60,000 nucleotides of DNA from Lytechinus pictus (lineage: Eukaryota), in assembly GCF_037042905.1 (NCBI RefSeq), contig NC_087251.1:16494001-16554000 (forward strand). Reading direction: 5' to 3'. The notes under the pieces are model-generated. The model worked only from the letters and a program-made list of their open reading frames with translations, did not search any database and was not told where the DNA came from. A program made the position numbers and the translations under genes. Of the stretch, positions 38,297 through 50,846 are shown piece by piece; position 1 is the stretch's first letter, and every line of letters begins with the position of its first letter.

Positions 38297-40264
38297 TTTC
38301 TTGTTTTTATTGTTTCTCGTGATTTCCTATTTTGAAATAACTGGAGCAAAGACTACACCATATTTCCGTGCTATTCAATGTTGATAAGATTGCAGGGTTT
38401 TTGTTTTGTTGTGTTTTTAACAATTTTTATAACTGGGTCTGGAGGAAAGACTACGCTATATTTCCATGTTATTTAACAATAATAAGAGATTGGGGATCTT
38501 TATTACTTTTTTACTCTTTGAGAAATGATTTGTAAAAGTGGGTCTGGAAAAAGACTGAACTTATATTATAATTTTAACAACCGGGTCTGGAAAAAAAGAC
38601 TTTGAACTTATATTACAATTTTTAATTAACCGGGTCTGGAAAAAAGACTGCACTTTTATGTTATGTGAAGGCATTTCTATAGGATTTTAGTTCAGAAGGA
38701 TTCACAATGTTTTGGGAAAAGGTAGGGGCTGAAGTCCCCCCCCCCCCTCCCTCAGCTTCCGCAGCCATACCCTAAGATGTTTTATCCTTGTCACAATGCA
38801 TCAGGAAACTGTCCCCATCCCCTTGTTGAACGAGCACGATTTTATGTTGTGAGGGGACGGTATCACGAGTATGAATACTGTTGGAGCTATCCCCACCGCC
38901 GTGAAAATCAAACTGGATTTCCCATTGAGTGGGGACTGGATCACGAGAATACTATACTGTTGGAACTGTCCCCACCGCCGTGAAAATCAAACTGGATTTC
39001 CCATTGAGTGGGGACTGGATCACGAGTATATATACTGTTGGAACTGTCCCCACCGCCGTGAAAATCAAACTGGATTTCCCATTGAGTGGGGACTGGATCA
39101 CGAGTATATAATAGGGAGAGAACCCTAGTGTTTATATACCCGGTACATACAGTGTGTGTTTCATTTGTGTGTGTTATCATTTTGCCACAGAGTTGTGCGA
39201 GAGTTGGGGACTGTGTTCTGGAGAAAGGAAGTGATTTTCATGCGTTCTGGTAGGTGTGATTCTAATAATCCCCACTTTTGGATTTGGGGACTATATCACG
39301 ATTATGCCCAAAGTTCCAATGAGGGTCTGTGCCTGCAGACTAGGCACGGGCCTACTCACACAACATGCGAGGTTAGTAACCTCGCACAACGCATGTGATT
39401 TCATAGTGCATTTTGACGTTTTCATTCATCACACAAATGTCAGGGAATGAAACATGTCAAAAAGTTCAACATATTTCCTATACGTAATTTACAACAATCA
39501 CCTAGCTTTATATTATAAATTTATTTGAAATTATTTGTAAAAATGATTTTTTAATGCTTACCTCCAAATTTTGGCCAAGATACTCCGTCTGTCCGTCCAA
39601 GTACTGCGGTGGAAATCACGCAAACAACGATTGAAATGCGATTTTTCCTATCGAACAGTCTCGATTTAAGTCGGAAATTGTAGAAAAAGAATCAACAGGT
39701 TGCATTTCATTTTTTTTTTTTTTTTTGAATAATATTTTATTTTCTTCCTCTTTCAAATCAATAAGTTGACAATCACAATTCATATAAATAAAGATTCTTT
39801 GCATGTATACAATCAATAAACAATCAAACAAATAAATATATCAATATCAATGAGATTACAAATATTTTTAAAATGATTACAAATGAAATTAAACTGCCAA
39901 ATTTCTCTTCTATGACAATGTGAAACATTTTTTTTTTTAATGTGAAAAAAAAAAAAATCTCTTATAACTCTTCCCCAAAAAGTACATAATATAGCATAAA
40001 ATTATTTCAATATTTTTTGTATATCAAAATTATGTCAAATCAAATAAACTACTTTTTTTCATGAAACTCTATGCTCCTTTTAGAGGAAGATTACATATAT
40101 ATAATCTTTCACACACCCACGCACCCTCACACACATACACGCACACAAAAACCCTCACGCACACACATCATACAACAGGTAGCACATCCGTTCTGGTCTG
40201 TCGATCTGTAACTTTGTATCATTGAAAAAAAAAAAAAAATATATATAATACGATAAATGATAAG

Positions 40265-43200
40265 TCAAAGAAATGCACCAATTTGTTCCCATTTTCTTAA
40301 GTGTACTCCCAAATTCCCTGTTTTCTTGGCTTTATTATATTCTTCTTTTCTGTAACCTTTAATCATATCTGTTGTTTTTTGTACGGACGGTGGTTCGCCA
40401 TTTCCTCTGGAAATAAAAATTATATGTTTTAGCAGAAAGATTATACAGTTTATTGCATGTATTCTCACACATTTACCAGATAGACCGATGAAAATTGTTT
40501 TCCAATCATCAATCCTAACTTCCTTTAAATGAAGCTTTTTGATGACCTCCTTCCATAACTGTTTAACCTTTAAACAATCTAAAAATAAATGTTGGTATGT
40601 TTCTACCTGTTGTTTACAAAAAGAACAAAAATTGTCTGACTCAAAACCAAATTGGAAGAGCTTCTCTTTTGTATACACTACCCCATGTAATAGTTTGTAC
40701 TGAAACTCCCTTTGTTTACTACATATAAAAGCATTCTTCAATCTTGTAAAGGTTTCTTTCAACTCCCCTATTCCAAGATCATATTCACAATGTCCATCAT
40801 AAACCTTTAGAGTGTACTCTTTTTGAAATTGCTCAATAAAGTAATTATATATATATCTGGCTTTTAAATCCATAAATTTATGTAGGTAACCAAAGATCTT
40901 CAGTTCTATTTGAAAATTTTCACTATCTATAACTATAAAATCACTTTGTATCCATTCTTTTTTAATCACAGAAAAAATTCTTTGAATCATCAGCAGATTA
41001 TCAGCAGTGTAACCCCGGTTATGGAAATATGAGACTGGTCTTAGTTGACCTCCTACAATAATATCTGATGCTTGAAATATACCTTTCTGAAAGAGTTCAA
41101 CATCAAAAAAAGGTTTATTATGAAGACATATAAATCTGTTGTTAAAAATCACAGGATTGATCTTGTTTTCCTCAAAGTTTCTACATTGATCCAAATCTTG
41201 CCATGCTTTCAACATATCTTTATAAAATATTGGTATACCTTGTAAGTCCATTTTATTTGCATCATAATTACAAAGAAATATACTCCGGCCTCCCAATGAT
41301 CTAAAAAAGTAGTCAAAGGTTACTTTCCAACCTAAATATTTCTCACCGTACAGCAGCCTTTTAATCCACATAATTCTCTGAGTTTTAATGAAAACTTCAA
41401 AATTAGTTACTTTGAGTCCCCCTCCACAATAATCTTGATATAGAATTTTCCGTTTTATTCTGTCATTTCCACCCCAAATGAAATTAAAAGAAATCTTTTC
41501 AATTTCTTTAAAGATATTTTGAGGAACTGAAATAAGAGAAGAAACATAATTTAATTTTGAAAATACATGCATTTTTAACAATCTAATTTTACCAAACATT
41601 GTCAGATCTCCATCCAATTAATCTTTTGATTTTACTCAAAATTTCTTTATAATTTAGGTCATCTTTTATTTTGGAGTCTCATGAAAAATATACCCCTAAA
41701 ATGTGTATATATTGCATTCTATGTCCAAACAGAGGTAAAACCGGCCTATCACATTCTTCCCCCAACCACATAAAATTTGTCTTATCCATGTTTATTTTCA
41801 AACCACTCAATTTCTCAAACTCTCCGAAGACTTTCTTCACCCTATTAACTGAGTACGTGTCTTTTAGAAACAATGTACAATCATCTGCGTACAATACTTG
41901 TTTTATTTTTCTTTCACCAAACCCAATCCCTTCAATACCCGGATCATTTCGAATAGAATTAGCAAGTAATTCAATAGCTATAATAAATAAATAAGGAGAG
42001 AGGGGATCTCCTTGTCTTACTCCTCTTTTAACCTCAAAATATCCAGTTGAGTGTCCCCCATTCATCACACAGCTACTAACGTCATTATAAAGAATTCTAA
42101 CCCAAGAGCACAATACATTACCAAAACCAAAAGATTTCAATGCTTTAAATAGAAGTCTATGTGATATACAATCAAATGCTTTTTCGAAATCTACAGCAAT
42201 TACAAATCCTACTGGCTGATATAAGGATTGAAAGAATACATCGTCTATTAACCTCACTGCCTCTCCAATATTCCTATCTTTAACATACCCTACTTGGTCA
42301 TAATGAATAATGTCCCCTAGTACCTCTTTTACCCTTTTAGCTAAAACTTTTGACAATATTTTGTAGTCTACATTAAGAAGTGTTATTGGTCTGTAGTTTT
42401 TCATATATAAATGATCTTTTCCATCCTTTTCAATTAGGGTAATTACTCCCTGTCTCTGCGAGTTTGATAACATTTCTGTATCAAAACTTTCATTAAATGC
42501 TTCAACAATAAATTTCCCTAAAATTGGCCAAAACGTAAAATAGAATTCAGCTGTAAAACCATCATTACCTGGTGACTTATTCCATTTCATTTCCTTTACC
42601 GCTTGATAGCATTCTTCAAATGATATTGGCCCTTCACAAAAATCCTTATTTTCTTCATTCAACTTGGGCAATTCATTAAAAAACATATTGTCAATATCTT
42701 CTGCACTATCACTATTTTTGTATTCATATAAATGCGCATAAAACTTCTTAATAGTGGTTAAAATATCTTTGCTATCACACAAAATTTCCCCGTTTTTACT
42801 GTATATCTCCTTAATCACGCTTTTCCTTTTATTTGATTTCAATAATTGTTCAAAAAAAGCTGAATTCCTTTCACCTTCTTCGGACCATTCCACCCTCGAT
42901 CTCACCTTTAATCCTTGACGAGAGTAATCGAAGAGCTGCTCTAATTCACTTTTTTTCGATTCGATTTCATCTTGAATTCCATTGTGAAAATTAGTAACCA
43001 AATGATGTTCTAAATCTTTAATATCCTTTTCTAATTTTTCAACCTTTGTTTTTCTAATTGCTGCTTTTTTACGAGAGAATTTCATAATATATTCTCTAAG
43101 TTTCATTTTCATAAAATCCCAAAATTTAATTTTACTATTTATTTGGTCTCGCCAGGTTCCCTCTATTTCAGAAACCTCCATTTTTATCTCTTCTACAAAT

Positions 43201-44002
43201 TCTTTATCATTACATAAGCTGCTATTGAACTTCCAATATGATTTCCCATAAATAAAACTCTCAACCAAGTTGCTAAATTCTACACAGACCCCAGCGTGAT
43301 CAGGTGTAATAGAGGGTAAGATGTCAGATTTTTTTACAAGCTTCTCTAATTTCGAAGAGATGAAAATATAATCTAATCTACTCTGAACAAATGGCTGTTT
43401 CTGTCTAAAAGTAAATTCTTTTTTATTTGGATGACGCTTACCAAGAGCTTATCTAGCTTATCTAGCTTATCAAGAAAATCACCTAATAAATCTTTGTATT
43501 TATTTTTTGAAACATTTCTCGCACCCATGTAATCTAAGTCATGGTCTATACTTAAATTGAAATCTCCCCCAATTATCAGAGAGCATTCTTCACTAAATAC
43601 AGATGAAATTATTTTGTCCAAATCAGAAAGAAAATCACATTGGGCCTTTCCTTTATCTCCTGTTGGAAAATATACACTTCCTAGTATCAACTTTTCACTT
43701 TGACATTTACCTTTTATTATAATATATCTTCCGCCTTTGTCTATTAAAACTTTTTCTATCACAAAATCAACATTCGATTTAAACATGAGAATAGTTCCCC
43801 TACTGTGATTACTCCCGTGACTAAAATACATCTCCCCTTCCCAATCAGCCTTCCAACTATTTTCAATATCTTGTGTGCTAAATGTTTCCTGTAAAAATAC
43901 TACATTTCCTGACCTTTTGCACCATTGAAAAATTTTCTTTCTTTTTACTTTATCTCTTAGCCCTCTTACATTGACTGTGAGTATTTTTAAATTACCCCTC
44001 AT
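40265..44002 (-). pseudogene. LINE ORF2 (APE endonuclease, reverse transcriptase, CCHC zinc knuckle), disrupted
   Basis: NVRGL, FLQET, GGDFN, SRLDY, PDH; KSPGNDG, NYRPITLLNVDYKI, DFEKAFD, QGDPLSP, YADD; CSFC..ETYQHLFLDC. Lesions: frameshift ~43440, TGA 41679-41681, frameshift ~41610. Confidence 0.93.
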
Positions 44003-44354
44003 TGGTGAAGAGTTGCCACAGTGATAGGACACGAAATGGTGCATTCCCTACTTCAGAAATAAGAGCTTTTAAGTAAAGTTGAAAATAATACAAGTACAGA
44101 CAGACACAGAAACTTCCAATTACACACATAGCACCCCACTCATTCACATCCACACCAGAACTGGAAAACATACCACTCAACGTATCACTCCACTTCATCC
44201 CAACAAACATAACACATACACTTCTGCAAACATACTCAAACACACGCCCATAGACTATCCTTTGCACGCACAAACACCCCAAGACACTCTCACAAACACC
44301 CCAACACACGCACACCAGCATGATTGACATATATCCTATAGACCCGCAGTTCCG

Positions 44355-44386
<32 letters not shown>

Positions 44387-47328
44387 TTATAGAGCAGCCA
44401 TTTGTATGCTGTCCATATTAACATTATCTCCCTTGTCTACAGAAAATATCTACCTATATAACGCTGAGAAAAAAAAAATAATAATAATAAAAGAGTCCGA
44501 AAGAATAACCTGATTCTGTGTTTTAGCCCTTGTCCCATATCAAAGCTAGACTTAAAACGTTTAGACCTTCATAACATTTGGAGTGAACACATGTAAGAGT
44601 GAACCCAAATAAACCTACATAATAGGATATAACTCACTTGAAACGTATAGCATACTTAAAGATACCAGTCAAAATGAATACAGGACATCCAAGAGGGTTC
44701 TTATTGTAAAAGGTATTATCTGACTGCACCGATAAAGGATACAGTTGATACTATGTTCCAACCTGTCCAAACTATTCCTATTCTTCTACATCCTAATTGA
44801 AAAGCAAATGGCAAAAACTCTTCCGGATACACAAAAATTCCCAATAACAATAACATCGTTCCAATAAACATATACAGCAGGACTTGTATACCTGCATTGG
44901 CATATTTGTTATTCTTCTGTAAACCAATATGAATGAGATTTGGTATGAGAAGAGCTACTACCATGTGTCCTCTATTTATAATAAGCATGATAAGTGATAC
45001 AATGAATGAAAGAAAAAAAAAACACCTTTCAATCAATTCAAATCAAATGACAATACCAACAACAAAGTCATGATTATCCTTAAGAATGTATACGGGAATC
45101 TTTCAGACTCGTTCTGTGATGTAGTCATACATGTTCCACCCACTAGACCCATTACATTATGAATGCATGCATGGAACAAACATTTACCCCACACAATAAA
45201 CGTCATTCAAAATCGCTCTGTCCCCCAGTTCATCAGAATAAATGACAAAACTCTTCAAAGTACTTGAGATCCCATGTAAAATAGCGCCGTTCTAATCAGA
45301 ACAATCAGAAACAAATGAGAGCAAATTTCTTGTCACTCGAATAGCTGGTTACTTTCAATAACATTAATGGAGCTATTCAAATTGCCTATGCTAATTTGTT
45401 TAGAGCCATTGTAACACAGATATCCTAATAATGTACTCTGCCAATTAAAGCTATACCTGCCTGAAGCAAAATCCTTCCACTCCTTCATTATTTTGTTTCA
45501 TTGAATATGTAGATCAATAACCCCTAAAGAAATTTCAAAGACTCTAATTGTTGGAAGTGTCATTCCATGTGACTATTATCATTCAAAAATTCATGGGATG
45601 GGCGATAGAAAAAAGACTTAATGCATAATCACCAGCAAAAGGATCTTGCTTTCAACTCAGGGTCATACAGACGAATGAATTATCAATACAAAATTGCAAA
45701 TGCACACAGAGCTATTCATCCTGTCTACCTTCATTAGCAATATTTATTCTTTTATAAACCGATTTAAGGTTATGCATTTAAATTAGACTGTGCATTGCAT
45801 TACTTTTTCCCCCTTTTTTGGGCTAAAAGTGGTATAGTGAATGAGCCAAGAAACCCCTTCCTACCTTGCAAATTCAAGCTCAAAATTAATTAATTGCAAG
45901 TTAGGTAATATTTTTGTACCTTATTGTTTCAACACACCAAAGATTAGTGCATTAACTCTCTCAAAAATATGTAAAAAATTAAAGAATTTTAAAGAATGTT
46001 ATTTAACATCTTTTTTGCCAGTCCCTCTCTCTCCCTCCGCCTCTCGCTTACAATAATGACGATACCAATGTACGATCGGAATGCGCTATTTTTTTTTTTT
46101 TTATCCAATTAACATCATAACTTTTGAAGGAAGATTTACCTTTTTTGTCTTCCTTTTTTTCAGACAGTTACTCCTCCTATCCGCTATACAAAGCGAAGAG
46201 ATTGACATAACCAGATACATGTAGCTATAGATATTGGCATCAGACCTACAACATTTAACTAGCATTCCTGTCATTATTAGAGGCAGTCCCCGAGAGCGTA
46301 TAGAGAGGGAGAGAGAGAGATAGAAAGAGATCATAAAATAAAAATGCATATTGTAAATACATACAATGTATACGCATATCCACTTATTTATAATGGATAA
46401 AAAAAGTATCTCTTCAAATCCATAGTTATTTTGCAAAGGAAATCCATACTTATTTTACAAAGTAGCTCCACAGCACTTTAATTCACTGCAGTTAAAAAAA
46501 AAAAAAAACTGCAACTTAAAATGCCATTTCCTTTTTCCTCCCTTTCTCTTGGTTTGAACTTAAAGTTTTGTTATTACTTATTCCCACAAATATAAAAGAG
46601 AAATGGTGAAAGAAAAAAAAAACAATAGAAGAGGCTTTCTTTAGTAGGCCTATATTTTTAAATATTTACTTGGTACATATAAGAAGGCCTAAGAATAGCC
46701 TGCACAAGCAATCAGAGCCACTTTAGGCTCTAATAAATATTTATTTAAAGAAAGAAAAAAAAATATATGTATACAGGTCTATGTTACTTTTACACAAAAT
46801 AAAGGGTGATTATTCCATGAACGTCTTCTAGTTTCTTCATTCTAGTTTCTTCTCGTTGCATAATATCTTTGATAATAAAAAAAAAATATCAGCTCTCTAG
46901 CTTTCCACTTTTGAACATTGCGTCTCCTTTCCTTCCTTGCGTCAAAAATAAGATAAGATAAGATAAGAGTACGCAATATCTTTTCTCACACCACGCTTTA
47001 GTTATTGCTGTTATATTTTCCTGTCTTCTTTGTCCTGCATTTCTCTTCCTTTTTGTTTGAATAGGAATATTCTTCAATCATCCTCATTGCATCTTTCAGA
47101 AATAATATACAATTTTGGTTTTAGTTGACTCGCATTTTGTTGTGAAATATTCATCAAACTAAATTCTTATCACAGTTTAACAGTTTAAATGGTGTTTAGA
47201 AGGGTCTCACTTTGTGAAAACCTCTTTAACTCCGTAGTCTAGAAAATTAAATGCTTAGTGTAAGCGAATGTAAACATAACTGATACTTATCCAAGCTTTT
47301 CTCCTTGTATTCTCATAGCGCCAGTTGC

Positions 47329-48144
47329 TTATTCAGGGAGATTGGGCTCTGCACCAGTAGCTACCTGAAGACGTATTCCTGGGTTACCGGGATGTGTCTC
47401 TGTAGGAAGTTGCCGAATGAACACTTGTTGTCTCTCCCGTGGCACGTAAACTCGATCGATATACAATTTCCAAGGTTCGCTTCGGGAGAAATAAGCCATC
47501 TTACCTGAAGACCGGGCTGCCTTTAAGGCTGGCAATTGAGCTCTTTGACGTTCTCTTATTCGCAGTGGGAGATCCTCTGTAATAAACATGCGTGAACCTT
47601 TCAAATTCTTCGCCCTTAGAAACACAGCAGCGCGATCTTTATATCTTAAAAATCTTGCAATGATGGGGCGCGGTCTTCTGGCAGAGTTGATCCGATGGGC
47701 TCTTTGAAATTCAATCCTATCTGCAATCGCTCTATCAAATCTAAGATGCTCCACAAAAAAGTCCCGTAAAAGGTTCTCCACATCTTCCTGTTGATTACCT
47801 TCTACTATTCCGTGAAAAAGTAAATTTTCTCAATTAATGTATGTCTTGAGACTGTCAATTTCCTGGTTGACTATTTCCTTATCCTCCTCTATTTTCTGCT
47901 GAAGTTCTGAAATATTCTGTCCATTAAAAGTGACCGAATTCACAACATCGTTAAGTTTTTCTTCAAATTTCTTTATTTTGGCTCCAAAGTTAAGTTCCAA
48001 AACTTGAATTCTTTCTAGTACCTTTCCTATCTCCTCTGCTAACATATTCTTAATGGCAGGCAAGAGAGCAGGTCCTTCGGGACTAGAGCCGGTAGATGGT
48101 CGAGGGCGTTTCCCGCCTTGTTTCCCTCGATGACCGCTCGACAT
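47329..48144 (-). pseudogene. LINE ORF1 (L1-type coiled coil, RRM, CTD) with one in-frame stop
   Basis: The two track ORFs are in the same frame: ...YIN*ENLLFHGIVE...RAHR...PRPIIARF...ITEDLP; TGA at 47830-47832. Confidence 0.9.
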
Positions 48145-49568
48145 TTTCGTAGTTACCGATATTTTTTCAACTTCAAATATCCACGTTACATAATGGGAGA
48201 GAGGAGGCGAACCCGCGATACGTGTTACTCAAGGACGAACATGCTGATATAATTTCATGTATATACTTATAGGTAAAGTGCGCCATCTTTTGACAGATGA
48301 TGATGAAAGTGGATTGAACGAGCAAGAAAATAATGCTGAGCGCCTAGAATGCAGCTAGCAGTACAAGCTGCAGACAAACGGTACAAACCGGCATAAGAAT
48401 AATATCGCATGCCCTCTTTAGGCAAAAATTGATATCCATGCTGATCAGGAGGCATCTACATGAAGATCAAGCAAAAATGCTTTTTTTTAATTAAAAAAAC
48501 AGCAAAGAGAATTCAACAAACGATCATATGGTTCGGTAAGTGTCATAGCACAATTAGAAATCTTAGCTATAATGGTATGTCATAGTTATTTGAGCAAAAA
48601 GGGTGTGAAAGATTCGCGTGCACCAGGTGCATATGAATCCTTCGCACGCGAGATGAATTGAACCCATGGGTGGCACGGGCCATGGCGCATGCAGCACTCG
48701 GAGTCGTACTCGCATGGCCAAATTCAAATTGAACACAAGCCATAACCTTGTTCTCTGTAACATCTCCATCAAACATTGCCAACCTTATTGTGCCACACAT
48801 GGAGTGGCACAATATAAGGTTGGCAATGTTTGGCTTATTTTCTCTTTTTCTTTGGGACAAATGCTTGATTTTTTTTACACTATCAGTATCAGTTTCCATT
48901 ACAGCTATTCATCATATAACTTGGCTCTTAAGTAAATTTGATTCTTTGAATATTTTTTCTTAATTAAAAATAGAGATTAAAAATGAAAATTTTCTTGCCA
49001 TATTACTTTCCACTAATAGAAGGGCATGTTATACACAAAAATATGCCCAAAATTCAAGTTTTTGAGCGCTCTGGTGAATACAAAAATTATTCCCAAGTTA
49101 CTAATGAAAAATATATTGCAACTGTACAAAAATTAGTATTTTGGGGCACAAAGTGATATCTTAATGATTTTTTAAAGTGTGTGCTGTATACTGCATGGGC
49201 TCCAATATAATTTTAATCCTGTTGGCCCAAAATAGTTATATTTTTAACTAATATTACACATAATGAATGAATTAAAAGTAGAGGAGCGTTTACTCACAGA
49301 CTGTTATTGTCGCCATCTTGCCGTCTTAGTTATCGTAGCCTAGCTACAAGAAGCGTATAGAGGGCGACAATATCATGAGCAGTGCAAAATTAGAATTTAA
49401 AAAATACTTGTAGTTGTATCGGCCAATAAATATCATGAATCTTAGCTGAAAGATAATGCTTTGAGATGCCTCCACTCAGCAATCGATATGTCTCAAGCTG
49501 CTAAATCAAATTATCAATACTTGGTATCAAAATAAAGTTAAAAATTTCTCATGATCATCCCATTTTGA

Positions 49569-49736
<168 letters not shown>

Positions 49737-49964
49737 TGAGTACACCCTCCTATTTTGAAATTTATGAATAAGCCTAAGCCACTTTCAGGATAGCACTTGT
49801 GTCAGCAATGATCCCCCTTTAAAAGTATGATGAAAAGTAAATCAGTTTATAACTTTATTAGGGAATCATTCGTTTATTGACAATGACATATTTTTCTTTT
49901 ATCAATCAGTTATATATGGTTGTAAAGTTTGATGGAATATAGGAATCAATTGTATGAATGCAAA

Positions 49965-50128
49965 TATTTACACATTGTGCAGCACTCAAACCAGGTGAGG
50001 TAAATGGGTATCGGCAGGAAGTAATTCTTCAAAAAGCTGTGTGCACCGGAATCTGTAGACTAGCGTAATATAGGAGCGCCTTGAGCACCTAGGAAGGTGG
50101 ATACGTGCACGATACAAATCCTATGTAT
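49965..50128 (+). mobile_element. 5'-truncated SINE remnant
   Basis: CCAGGTGAGGTAAATGGGTATCGGC core and GCGCCTTGAGCAC...ATACAAAT tail resemble deuterostome SINE bodies (recall). Confidence 0.5.
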
Positions 50129-50636
50129 GTAGTTCCTTGTGCACGGATTATTGGGTTATTAGGGACTTATATTATCAGGACTTATATTATCACACAACAG
50201 TCAAAAACATATTCGGCTAGAGCCTGTCAGAATTTAATCATGTTTCCTACATGTTTGAATCACATGAAATATTTTGTTATTGGAAGCTTTTGTATGTTTT
50301 GTGAATTTGGATAGGTTTATACATTCTGATGGTTGATCTAAACCAAAAGATTTAAAAAAATAATTAAAAGCTCACCAAAATAGAACCTATTGAGGCAGAG
50401 TTTCACTTGTCTGAATATATAAACGTTTAGTATTGAAGAGGATCTCAGACTATGAGTAGAAATATCTGTTATGAACAATGTTTTTGAAGGAATGTAGCAC
50501 ACTGTTGCATGATATTCTATTCTAATGTAGGTATGGCTTCATAATTGCTGTTTAGGACCATTGATAACATTGTTGAAATGTCTAGTATTTGAGATGGTTT
50601 CTGAATCTTAATTTATGGACTTGTATGTTTTTGTAG

Positions 50637-50846
<210 letters not shown>

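Larger units (their letters stand above)
37425..39308. mobile_element. Foldback DNA transposon with ~725-bp inverted arms and internal tandem arrays; no transposase
   Basis: GGCATAATCGTGATATAGTCCCC ... GGGGACTATATCACGATTATGCC; perfect 8-bp TSD CAAAGTTC at 37417-37424 and 39309-39316. Confidence 0.93.
37277..39342. mobile_element. Tiny Academ (AcademH-like) non-autonomous element, 174 bp net of the nested foldback
   Basis: Termini TAGTCTGC ... GCAGACTA (imperfect ~22-bp TIR); perfect 9-bp TSD GGCACGGGC at 37268-37276 and 39343-39351. Confidence 0.8.
39711..48251 (-). mobile_element. Apparently full-length L1/Tx1-clade non-LTR retrotransposon (~8.5 kb), antisense in POLR2G intron 1
   Basis: ORF1 and ORF2 co-oriented; AATAAA then poly(A) at the 3' end (poly-T near 39711-39726 on +); candidate 7-bp TSD ATTTCAT at 39704-39710 and 48252-48258. 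Confidence 0.85.

Noticed and set aside
37553..39180. Mirror-image ORFs with repeated peptides (e.g. YTRDPVPTQWEIQFDFHGGGDSSNS)
   Set aside because: By-product of the 78-bp inverted arrays; the 79-bp unit shifts frame; no protein motif recognised
44716..45036. Hydrophobic 106-aa ORF as a third, membrane-protein LINE ORF
   Set aside because: TTG start, T-rich strand bias explains the hydrophobicity, no recognisable motif; reconsider only if conserved with low dN/dS across copies
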